Source: Squalus acanthias (lineage: Eukaryota). From it: a stretch of DNA of 64,000 nt. The notes under the pieces are model-generated. The model was not told where the DNA came from. It saw only the letters and a program-made list of their open reading frames with translations, and did no database searches. Location: assembly GCA_030390025.1 (NCBI GenBank), contig CM059432.1, positions 4,526,001 through 4,590,000 of the forward strand. The letters are read 5' to 3'. Every line of letters starts with the position of its first letter. Position 1 is the first letter of the stretch. This document shows, one piece after another, positions 23,828 through 34,864 of this stretch. The position numbers and the translations under genes were made by a program.

Positions 23828-25150
23828 AACAACAACTTGTATTTTGTACAACGCCTTTAACGTAATAAAATGTCCCAGGGCGCTGCACAGGAGCGCCACC
23901 AGACAAAATCTGACACCGAGCCACATAAGGAGATATTAGAACAGGCGACCAAAAGCTTGGCCAAAGAGGTCGGTTTTAAGGAACGTCTTAAAGGAGGAGA
24001 GAGAGGTAGAGAGGTTCAGGGAAGAAATTTCAGGGTTTGGGGCCCAGGCAGCTGAAGGCACGGCCACCAATGGTGGAGCGATGGAAATCGGGGATGCACA
24101 AGAGACCAGAATTGGAGGAGAGTTAATCAATGCGTTGGATTCTAACGCTAATCAATACAAAATCTGATCATTTTCAGTTACTATATTCCACATGATCCAA
24201 AGTGGTTAACTCCCAGGAGAATTATGTAATTCCATGGTTCATTTTTCATAAAGAAGAATGGGAAGTTTGCGGAATAGAAGTTGAAGCGACCCCGTTCTAT
24301 TTCTGTCTCCCTCACAACCCAGCCTGTCACTGCTTGCATGTCAAGAGATTCAGATTTATTCTGATCTCAGTGGGTGGGGGTATGGGTGTCCTTCTTGTGA
24401 CGTTATGTAACTCTTCCGCCTCGTGACTGAAGAAAAGTTATCTTTGTTGCCACCAAACCATGGGTGTTTTTGCAGCTTCGTTGCTGTTTATTTTTCCATC
24501 TCTACGTTGTGTAGAGATTCTGAGGGCAGCAACTTTTGCTTGTTAAACATACATTGACCACCCGGAAGGACCCTATCCCTGTTGACATAAAGAATGGCCT
24601 GACCATGACAGAACAAAACATTGATTTTACAAACTAGAAAAGGCCATCCAGCCCCGTGTTAAATAGCGTCTTAAAGGATGAGAGAGAGGCGGAGAGGTTC
24701 AGGGAGGGAATTCCAGAGCTTGGGGCCCAGGCAGCTGAAGGCACGGCCGCCAGTGGTGGAGCGAAGAAATTGGGGATGCTCAAGAGGCCAGAATTTGAGG
24801 ATATCTCATGGGGTTGTGGGCCTGGAGGAGGTTACAGAGATAGGGAGGAGTGAGGCCATGGAAGGATTTGAAAACAAGGATGAGAATTTTAAAATCGAGG
24901 TGTTGCTTAACCGGGAGCCAATGTAGGTCAGCGAGCACAGGGGTGATGGGTGAACGGGACTTGGTGCGAGTTAGGACACGGGAAGCCGAGTATTGGATGA
25001 CCTCTAGTTTACGTAGGGTAGAATGTGGGAGGCCAGCCAGGAGTGCGTTGGAATAGTCAAGCCTAGAGGTCACAAAGGCATAGATGAGGGTTTCAGCAGC
25101 GGATGAGCTGAGGCAAGGGCGGAGACGGGCGATGGAGGTGGAAGTAGGCG
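23828..25150 (-). mobile_element. L2 LINE 3' fragments (23828-24120 and ~24660-25150)
   Basis: ORF 24780-25073 SRLDYSNALLAGLP..LHWLPV..FKIL; (CAA)n tail. Confidence 0.85.
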
Positions 25151-25421
25151 GTAATGTGCTCCTTGTAATGGGAAACGCTTGACAATGTAGCCTCTTTCGA
25201 GACAGGACCCGTTCATTGTGTGCATCAGTCTACTTTATCAGCACTCATAACAAGGTTGCCAAACATTTGCCATTGTTTTTGTATAGCACAGTCCCAGACA
25301 TGGTGTGGCTATGTTTTACTCCTTTGCCAGAATAGCTAGCGTAAAGTAGGTCGAGCTAGTTTTCACTCCTGTCCCCCTGCCCCAACACAGCCCCTGGAGA
25401 ATTTCCCAGGATAAAGTAAAT

Positions 25422-25885
25422 AAGAAAGACTTGCATTTATAAAGCTCCTTTCATAACCTCAGGACATCTCAAAGGGCTTTACAGCCAATGAAGTACTTTT
25501 TGAAGTGTAGTCACTGTTGTAATGTGGGAAAGGCGGCAGCTAATTTGTGCACAGCAAGCTCCCTCAAACAGCAGTATGATAATGACCAGACAATCTGTTT
25601 TAGTGATGTCAGTTAAGGGATAAATATTGGCCCCAGGTCACTGGGGTAGAACTCCCCTGCTCTTCTTCGAATAGTGCCGTGGGATCTTTTACATCCAGCT
25701 GAGGGGGCAGACGGGGCCTCGGTTTAATGTCTCATCCGAAAGAAACTGACACCTCCGACAGTGCAGCGCTCCCTCAGCACTGCGTTGGGAGTGTCAGCTT
25801 AGATTTTTGTGCTCAAGTCTCTGGAGTGGGACTTGAACCCACAACCTTCTGACTCAGAGGCGAGGGTGCTACCCACTGAGCCACA
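25422..25885 (-). mobile_element. Full-length Deu-SINE
   Basis: Reverse complement of 6025-6505. Confidence 0.8.
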
Positions 25886-26404
25886 GAAGGTGAGAAGGCA
25901 ACCAGGATTGATTGATGGCGATCGGACGGGAAAGTGGAGTTGAGGTCGAAGATCAGCCAGGATCTCATTGAATGGCGGAGCAGGCTCGAGGGGCCGAATG
26001 GCCGACTCCTGCTCCTATTTCTTATGTTCTTATGATTAAATAATTAAGAAGTTCAATTTGACAAGCAGAATTTTAACTTGGTCCTGAAGATCAATCAAAA
26101 CCTGATCAATTTTTTTGTTTTGTTTTGGTCGCGCTTCTAAACTGTTCTCTCTAATAAAGCATCTTTGAGTGACTACCAATATGCCCAATGTGCGCTTGTT
26201 TTCCAGAGATTCCATGGCTGTATAATTTAGTTGATAGGATCGGATACAAGTACTTCAAAGCCTAGTAAGGGTCTGCTGTTTGGTTTCATATGGCGAGAGC
26301 TTGTGGCTGAATTCTGTCCGCAAGCAGGACTGATTCCTCCCTCCAGCGAGGCGGACACCACACTGACCGATGTTGAGTTCTGAAGGACACAGCCTGGTGT
26401 AAGC

Positions 26405-26690
26405 ACAAATAAAAACAGAGAATGCTGGAGACACTCGGCAGGTCAGGCAGCATCTGTAGAGAGAGAAACAGAGTCAACGTTTCAGGTCTGTGACCCTTCG
26501 TCAGAACGGGAAAAAGTTGGAGATGGAACAGGTTTTTAAGCAAGTGTAGGGGCAGGGAGAGAGGGGGGAGGGGAGGAAAGACTAAAAGGGAAGGTCTGTG
26601 ATAGGGTGGAAGGCAGGAGAGATTAAATGACAAAAGGGAGGATGGTGCCAGGTGAAAGGAGATGGTAATGGGACAAGTTAAGAAACAAAT
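26405..26690 (-). mobile_element. Penelope-like element 3' UTR / pseudo-LTR fragment
   Basis: Reverse complement of ~57485-57770. Confidence 0.8.
26473..26507 (-). ncRNA. Minimal type I hammerhead ribozyme motif
   Basis: GTT-CTGACGA-AGGGTCACAGACCT-GAAA-CG-TT-GAC on the minus strand. Confidence 0.6.
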
Positions 26691-27499
26691 GCAGGTGCTT
26701 GATGCGACTTATGGTAGCTAAAATATGCACCACTAATTTCATAAATATTGCACGATAAACTAGCCACCTTACTCAATGATGAAGGACAGTTGTCTACCCT
26801 CCATCCATCGCAGTGCATTGCAGCTGCACAGAGCTAATGGTGGCAGCCCACCCAAAGTGGCAGCTCTGAAGGGAGCGCTGAGTTGATTTGATTTCGTTTC
26901 CTAGAATCTCAACGCGCAGAAGGAGGCCATTCGGCCCATCGTGCCTGTGCCGGCTCTTTGAAAGAGCTCTCCAATTAGTCCCACTCTCCTCCTGCTCTTT
27001 CCCCACAGCCCTGCTAATGTTTCTCCTTTTCAAGTATTTATCCAATTCCCCTTTTGAAAGTCACTATTGAATCTGCTCCCACCACCCTTTCAGGCAGCGC
27101 ATTCCAGATCACAACAACGAGTTACTACAGTGTGTACCATCTACAAGATGCACTGCAGCAACTCGCCAAGACTTCTTCATCAGCACCTCCCAAACCCGCG
27201 ACCTCTTCCACCTAGAAGGACAAGGGCAACAGGCGCATGGGAACACTACCACCTCCAAGTTCCCCTCCAAGTCACACACCATCCTGACTTGGAAGAATAT
27301 CGCCGATCCTTCATCGTCGCTGGGTCAAAATCCTGGAACTCCCTCCCTAACAGCACTGTGGGAGCACCTTCACCACACGGACTGCAGCAGTTAAAGAAAG
27401 CGACTCACCACCACCTTCTCAAGGGCAACTAGGAATGGGCAATAAATGCTGGCCTTGACAGCGACGCCCAGATCCCATAAACGAATTTTTAAAAACTCG

Positions 27500-27930
27500 C
27501 TGCTTTTTTAAAACTAAATTCTCCTCATCTCCCCCTCTGGTTCCTTTGCCAATTACCTTAAATCTGTGTCCTCTGGTTACCGACCCTCCTGCCACCGGAA
27601 ACAGTTTCTCCTTATTTACTCTATCAAAACCCTTCACGATTTTGAACAACTCTATTAAATCTCCCCTGAACCTTCTCTGTGCTAAGGAGAACAATCCCAA
27701 CTCCTCCAGTCTCTCCACATAACTGAAGTCCCTCATCCCCGGTACCACTCTGGTAAATCTGCTCTGCAACCCTCTCCAAGGCCTTGACATCCTTCCTAAA
27801 GTGCGGTGCCCAGAATTGGACACAATACTCCAGCTGAGGCCTAACCCACGTTTTAGAAAAGGTTCAGCACAACTTCTTTGCTTTTGTACTCTGTGCCTCT
27901 ATTTATGAAGCCCAGGATCCCGTATGTCTT
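27500..27930 (-). mobile_element. CR1 LINE fragment
   Basis: YVERLEELGLFSL..RGDLIE..TRGH motifs. Confidence 0.85.
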
Positions 27931-28432
27931 TATTTTAACAGTTTTATCAGCTTCCTGAACCCAATGCCACATAGGTTGCAGCATTTGCTTGATTACATTA
28001 TGCACTCATTTACACCTACTTTCTGCCTTCCTATCTTGAGGCTGGCAATTCAGTCCCAAGGGTACTGAAGAAGAACAGATTACATTTTAAGTGGGAAAGT
28101 GCATTAACATTGAAGGTTTTATGAATTTTACAGTTCAATAAATTTCAGCCAGAGTCGAAACTTTATTGAGAGCTAGACAGTTATCAGGGCAGAAAACAAC
28201 AACAACTTGTATTTATACGGCGCCTTTAACGTAGTAAAATGTCCCCAGGGCGCTTCACAGGAGCGATTATCAAACAAAATGTGACACCCAGACACGTAAG
28301 GAGATATTAGGACAGTTGACCAAAAACTTGGTCAAAGAGGTAATGATGAAAGGTCATCGACCTAAAAGTTAACTCTGTTCCTCTCTCTCCATGTGTTGTG
28401 TGTCAGCTGTGGCTCAGTGGGTATCTCTCTCT

Positions 28433-30190
28433 AGGTGGGCGGGGCTAGGAGTGAGCAGGTGCTGCTGGGTGCTTGATTACTGCAGGGAGTTGGAGTGAGT
28501 TTGTAAAAAGTTGGTGGTGGGTTTTTGGAGGTTATTTTTTCAGGTTTTAGGCCCTTTTGATCCTTAAACAGCAGCCAGACGGTGTGCCGGGCCCCTGAGA
28601 GGACAATATTCCCAGGCTGAATTTAATCAGGGGGGAAAATGTAGGGGGAAGGGAGAAAAAAAGACCCAAAGATTTGGGTCGGGGCCCCAGGAGGTTTGGA
28701 AAAGAAAACACGGTGGTGGTTCAGTGCGAGGATCAGGAGATACGAGCTTGGGATATTATGAGGACTGCGGTGAGGGAAGCTGCTTTGCCTGCCGACCAAA
28801 GCCAAATGTTGGGTTCAAGGTGACGGTCAGTGGCCGAGAGGAGGTGGAAAGACTTTTACTGAGTTTGAAGGTTGGCGATAAGTTCTTGGAGGTATCTCTG
28901 CTATATTCGGAAGAGGTGGTGATCTCATTCTTAAACCTGCCGGTTTATATTCAGGACGATGTGCTAATAAAAAAGTTGGAGTTGTGGGACATTAAAATTT
29001 GCTCGGCAATAAAGAGGAGATACTATCCAGGAACGCAGGTAGCAGATGGAACCCATTATGTAAAGGTGCGGTTCCCAGAGGGGGTGAAGTCATTGCCGTA
29101 TAGCATGAAATTCGAGACAATGGAAGGAGTGCAGTACTTCTGGGTACTGCATGATAACCAGGTGAAGGTTTGTTATTATTGTCTTGGACACGACCATCTT
29201 GTAAGAAGCTGTCCAGACTTGTACTGTTATAACTGCGGCGAGTCTGGACACATCGCTTGGAGCTGCAAGGCGGAAAGCTGTGGGGTGAGTCACAAAGGCC
29301 CCACCCGCTGTGAGTGTGAGGCAGAAGGAAGCCCCTTGAGTGACGAGGAGATGAGAGAAGGAGCAGGAGGTGTGAGTGGAGCGGCCGGAGGAGTGGAGCA
29401 GGCGGAGGACACAGCTGGTGAATGGAAGGAAAAAAGAGCACAGGAAGAGGCAGAAAATTGCGGAGCAGAGAACAGGATGGAGATGGTGGAAAACACACCA
29501 AGTACGGTGGAAAAGGACAAAGACAGCAGAGGGCAGCACGAGTCGAGGGCAGAGTCGAGCCATAATACGGCTTGGCTCTCCCTAAAGAATCTGGTGTCCG
29601 CGGGGGGAGAGGAGGCGGGAGCAGGGTGCGGGGTAAGTGTAAGTATTCCAAAGAAAGACGGGGAGTCGGACATCTCGGGGAGCAGGAGGGGGTGCAAGAG
29701 GCAGGAGCCTTAAAGTGGCAGCAGGATGGGAGTGGGGAGACAAAGACGCCAGAAGGGAGCAAGATAGATGCAGATGTGCCATTGTCCCAGAGAGAGAAGA
29801 AATGGGGAGCAAGGGTCAGCGGTGGAGATGACGCCAAAGGGAGTGGCACTGTTGGAGAAACCGTGATAGCAGGAAGACTCTCTAAGGGAGATTGTGTATC
29901 TGATGGGGAGCAGGGACGGGAGGTTACAGAAGAGCTCGAGAGTGAGGAGTCAGAGGGGGACAGAGACATGGAAGTGGGGAGTGGGGTGGCATCGTGTGGA
30001 AAGGGAAAGGTTAGTGAGGGGCAGAAGGAGGGAGAAGGGGCAACTCCTCGGCCCAAACCTAATGGAAGGAAGAGGCTGAAACTGCAGGGAAGGTTCAAAC
30101 AGGAGGTGAAAAAGAGCCGAAGGCTGCAGGAGAAAGCAACAGCTGCCCGAAAAGTTGGGAAGGAGCATGAGAGGAGGGACAGGCCAGAGA
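28433..30190 (+). mobile_element. Tx1/L1-clade LINE 5' part: 5' UTR plus ORF1 with zinc knuckles, 3'-truncated
   Basis: ORF 28724-29713 ISFLNLPVYIQD..RRYYPGT.VADGT.YVKV.F..SLPYS and CYYC..HDH...C, CYNCGESGHIAWSC knuckles, followed by an acidic low-complexity tail. Confidence 0.8.
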
Positions 30191-30770
30191 TTACATACAA
30201 ACATACGAACATACGAATTAGGAGCAGGAGTAGGCCAATCGGCCCCTCGAGCCTGCTCCACCATTCAATAAGATCATGGCTGATCTGATTACTCCACATT
30301 CCCGCCTACCCCCGATAACCTTTCACCCCCTTGCTTATCAAGAATCTATCTACCTCTGCCTTAAAAATATTCAAAGACTCTGCTTCCACCGCCCTCTGAG
30401 GAAGAAAGTTCCAAAGACTCACGACCCTCTGTGAGAAAAAATTTCTCCTCATCTCTATCTTAAATGGCCGACCCCTTATTTTTAAACAGTGATCCCTAGT
30501 TCCAGATTCTCCAACAAGAGGAAACATCCTCTCCACATCCACCCTGTCCAGACCCCTCAGGATCTTATATGTTTCAATCTTCTAAACTCCAGCACATACA
30601 AGCCTAGCCCGTCCAACCTTTCCTCATAAGACAACCCGCCCATTCCAGGTATTAGTCTAGTAAACCTTCTCTGAACTGCTTCCAACGCATTTACATCTTT
30701 CCTTAAATAAGGAGACCAATACTGTACACAGTACTCCAGATGTGGTCTCACCAATGCCCTGTATAACTGA

Positions 30771-31020
30771 GAAGTCGCACAACACCAGGTTATAGTCCAA
30801 CAGCTTTATTTGAAATCACAAGCTTTCGGAGCGCTGCTCCTTCGTCAGGTGAAGTGAAGAAATACATATGGGCACAGCATCCTGTATAACTGAGATGCGG
30901 AGATGCCGGTGTTGGACTGGGGTGGACAAAAGTGAGAAGTCGCACAACACCAGGTTATAGTCCAAGTGATTTCAAATAAAGCTGTTGGACTATAACCTGG
31001 TGTTGTGCGACTTCTCACTT
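30771..31020. mobile_element. Penelope-like pseudo-LTR fragments in direct and inverted arrangement (second PLE family)
   Basis: Three copies of GAGAAGTCGCACAACACCAGGTTATAGTCCAA (two direct, one inverted), a hammerhead motif, and flanking CTGTATAACTGA repeats. Confidence 0.7.
30816..30852 (-). ncRNA. Minimal type I hammerhead ribozyme motif
   Basis: TCAC-CTGACGA-AGGAGCAGCGCTCC-GAAA-GC-TT-GTGA; stem I TCAC/GTGA, stem II GGAGC/GCTCC, palindromic AAGCTT. Confidence 0.7.
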
Positions 31021-31819
31021 CTGTATAACTGAAGCATAACCTCCCTACTTTTGTATTCAATTCCCCTCGCAATAAACGATAACATTGTATTAGCTTTCCT
31101 AATTACTTGCTGTACCTGCATACTAACCTTTTACGATTCATGCACTAGGACACCCAGATCCCTCTGCATCTCAGAGCTCTGCAATCTCTCACCATTTAGA
31201 TAATATGCTTCTTTTTTATTCTTCCTGCCAAAATGGACAATTTCACATTTTCCCACATTATACTCCATTTGCCAGATCTTTGCCCACTCACTTAACCTAT
31301 CTATATCCCTTTGTAGCCTCCTTATGTCCTCTTCACAATTTACTTTCCTACCTATCTTTGTGTCATCAGCAAATTTAGCAACCATACCTTCATCCAAGTC
31401 ATTTATATAAATTGTAAAAAGTTGAGGCCCCAGCACTGATCCCTGTGGCACACCACTCGTTACATCTTGCCATTCAGAAAATGACCCATTTATGCCTGCT
31501 CTCTGTTTCCTGTTAGCTAGCCAATCTTCTATCCATGCCAATACGTTACCCCCTACACCATGAGCTTTTATTTTCCACAATAACCTTTGATGTGGCACCT
31601 TATCAAATGCCTTCTGGAAATCTAAGTACAGTACATCCACCGGTTCCCCTTTATCCACATAAATGATGTGGGATTATCAGGGACACTTCCCTTATTCAGG
31701 AGCCATGATTACTGATCAATTTTCAAAGTACAATAGATTAGTATATTTTATTGGAGACAAATTAAACTTCAGGTTTTGATGTTAATATGTGGTGGAAGAA
31801 TGGCTGTGCAGAGCGGCGG

Positions 31820-32175
31820 AATAAGAACATAAGAACATAAGAAGTAGGAGCAGGAGTCGGCTATACGGCCCCTCGGGCCTGCTCCGCCATTCAATAGGAT
31901 CATGGCTGATCCGAACCTAGACTCACGTCCACTTCCCTGCCCACTCCCCATAACCCTTAATTCCCTTATCAGCGAGGAAACTGTCTATCTCCGTTTTAAA
32001 TTTATTTAATGTCGCAGCTTCCACAGCTCTCTGAGGTAGCAAATTCCATAGATTTACTACCCTCTGAGTGAAGAAGTTTCTCCTCATCTCAGTTTTGAAA
32101 CGGCAGCCCCTTATTCTAAGATTATGCCCCCTAGTTCTAGTCTCACCCATCAGTGGAAACATCCTCCCCGCCTCC
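31820..32175 (-). mobile_element. CR1 LINE 3' end
   Basis: ORF 31923-32249 motifs and (ATAAGAAC)n tail. Confidence 0.88.
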
Positions 32176-32259
32176 ATGGATTTGTGTGATACAATGGAAT
32201 GATCATGATGTTGTAAATGTTTTAAATGTTTAATAAATAATAAAAACATTTTAAAAAAG

Positions 32260-33490
32260 TGGGTAATACTCTCACCTCTGAGTCAGAAGGTTGTGGGATC
32301 AAGTAAAAAAACACACCTGCCATAACACTGTTTTTTTATGGTAAACTTAGAACACCTAGAGAAGAGACATAATTCTGTAATGCTACCAGCTGAGGTGACT
32401 GTAAGAATTGCAGGGGTCAGCAGAAAAATGACTAGAGATAATTAGTTACATCAGCAGAAAACCTTAAAGGAAATACCACTGGAAAAGGGTATAAATATTG
32501 AACTCTCAAATGGGATAACAGACTCGCTTTAAAGGGGCAAAGCGATTCTTAGCTTCAGAGGTGGCTCTGTAAATCTCCAACTCTTTGTACCTCGGGGATC
32601 AAAGGTATTTGATTTTGGTGGATATCCTGAATAGAACTTTAAGAACTGTAAAACTGTAGCGAAGTTAAGATTTGAGAGTAAGGTTCTCTGATAATAAGAT
32701 TGTAAGCTTTCTCTTTTTGGAACTGTTAATGTTGCGATTGACTCACCAACTGTAAATTACATGTCGGTTCTTTAATAAATCTATATATTTTTAGAATTGT
32801 CTCACTTAAGACTTCTGTATCAAACTCGCAAACTCAATCTCTGTACACTCTTTGGTGAGGAGTTGCAGAATTCTGGGGGAGTTTTCCGGATCCTCATAAT
32901 ATCCGGAATGTTACAGTCTAGCTAAACTTATTAAAAGTGCTATCTGGAGGAGGGTAACATTTTCAGGTTGTTCCTTTCCTTTAGGGAGAGATAGTCCGGA
33001 CCTTTAGACCCAATTAAGCGTCTTTAGGATTCGGCTACCTCAAACTTTAGTTGAAAGTGAACGTCTGAGAATTACGCCTGATCCGGGGTAGCCCAAAAGG
33101 GGCTAGGACTAGTAATTATCCCTTCAGGCTGACACTCCAGTGCCGTGTTGAGGGAGTGCTGCACTGTCGGAGGTGCCGTCTTTCGGATGAGACGTTAAAC
33201 TGAGGCCCCGTCTGCTCTCTCGGGTGGACGTAAAAGATCCCATGGCACTATTTCGAAGAAGAGCAGGGGAGTTCTCCCCGGTGTCCTGGCCAATATTTAT
33301 CCCTCAATCAACATAGCAAAAACAGATTATCTGGTCATTATCATTTGCTGTTTGTGGGAGCTTGCTGTGCGCAAATTGGCTGCCATGTTTACAGTGACTA
33401 CAGTTCAAAAAGGTACTTGCTTGGCTGTAAAGCGCTTTGAGACATCCGGTGGTCGCGAAAGGCGCTGTATAAACACAGGTCTTTCTTTCT
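32260..33490 (+). mobile_element. Deu-SINE split by an ~0.8-kb insertion
   Basis: Head at 32260-32304; the body resumes AGGCTGACACT at ~33127. Confidence 0.75.
32305..33126 (+). mobile_element. Unclassified LTR-like insertion
   Basis: Interrupts a SINE; TATAAA ~32490, AATAAA ~32774, ends near CA. No TSD found. Confidence 0.4.
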
Positions 33491-33834
33491 CCACAGATGC
33501 TGCCTGACCTGCTGAGTGCCTCCCGCATTATCTGTTTTTGTATTCGTGCAACCATGAATTTGACCCGTTTGTCTGCTGGTTCTGAACAAAGCCACAAGGG
33601 GGAGCTCCACTCCACCTGTACTCTTTGCCTTTTATCCGGTAATTGAGATATGGATTACACTGGAGTTTGCCCCAGGGCCAACAACAGAAGGACAGCTTTA
33701 AATGTCCCCCTCCCTTTTTCTTAAAGGGGAACAACTCATACAAGAACTTAGCCATAAAATAAACTTTCATGCAAATCAAAAGGAAACTTGTAAACGTAAA
33801 TTACAATAGTATTCCCAGTGTCCTCTATGTCCTC

Positions 33835-34467
33835 AACAACAACAACTTGTATTTATACAGCACCTTTAATGTAGCAAAACGTCCCAAGGCGCTTCACAGG
33901 AGCGATTATCAAAGAAAATTTGACACCGAGCCACATATGAAGATAAGGCAGATGACCAAAAGCTTGGTCAAAGAGGTAGGTTTTAAGGAGGAGAGAGAGG
34001 TAGAGAGGCGGAGAGGTTTAGGGAGGGAATTCCAGAACTTAGGGCCCAGGCAGCTGAAGGCACGGCCGCCAATGGTGGAGAGATTAAAATCAGGGATGCT
34101 CAAGAGGCCACAATTGGTGGAGCTCAGAGATCTCGGGGGGGTTGTGGGGCTGGAGGAGGTTACAGAGATAGGGAGGGGGCGAGGCCCTGGAGGGATTTGA
34201 AAACAAGGATGAGAATTTTTAAATCGAGGCGTTGACAGACCGAGAGCCAATGTAGGTCAGCGAGCACAGGGGGCGATGGGTGAACGGGACTCGGTGCGAA
34301 TTAGGACACGGGGGCAGCAGGGTTTTGGATGATCTCAAGTTTACGGAGGGTGGAAGATGGAAGCCCGGCCAGGAGTGCGTTGGAATAATGGAGTCTGGAG
34401 GTAACGACGGCAGGGATGAGGGTTTCAGCAGCAGATGAGCTGAGGCAGGGGGCGGAGACGGGCGATG
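33835..34467 (-). mobile_element. L2 LINE 3' end
   Basis: Same family as 24660-25150; (CAA)n tail. Confidence 0.85.
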
Positions 34468-34600
34468 TCCACCTTGAGGTGCCCACTGATCGCAGAAAGT
34501 CCGGCCCATACCAGCGGGCACCGCATGCTCCCTCTCCAGGGCCACTCGGGCCCGGACAAGACCGGGGGAGAGAGGCAGGCAGCCAGAGCAACCACCCACC
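34468..34600 (-). mobile_element. Tx1-clade ORF2 C-terminal fragment
   Basis: CLPL..G.VRARVALEREHAV..G...F.D.WAPQG resembles Tx1 ORF2 ends. Confidence 0.55.
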
Positions 34601-34864
34601 ATGGATGTGGCATCGTGAATTCATCAGCTGATATCTCACGGCAACGTTTCAGGGTCTCGGTGAAGAATTTAAAAGCTATGGAGTTTTTTGGGGTAAAAAA
34701 AGCAATGGGCAAGAAAGTTTAGGTCGAAAAAAAAAGCCAAATTAAACACAGAAAGAGATTTTAAAAAGAAAGGTGAATAGGAGGGAAAGGAGACAACAGG
34801 ATGTAAGTATACGATATTTTCATTGAAATATTTTAGTGCTTATGTTTGTAGTTTAGGATTCATG

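Larger units (their letters stand above)
30195..31660 (-). mobile_element. CR1 LINE RT and 3' end, interrupted by a Penelope fragment
   Basis: [37 protein letters not shown]. Confidence 0.92.

Noticed and set aside
28343..28374. Active hammerhead
   Set aside because: Core is mutated (ATGATGA, and TAAAA in place of TGAAA); kept only as a decayed copy.
28724..29713. Host ZCCHC3-like gene
   Set aside because: No clear start, a frame break downstream and repeat context; better explained as Tx1 ORF1.
28992..30299. 435-aa minus-strand ORF
   Set aside because: Antisense shadow of purine-rich Tx1 ORF1 sequence, starting in a CR1 tail.
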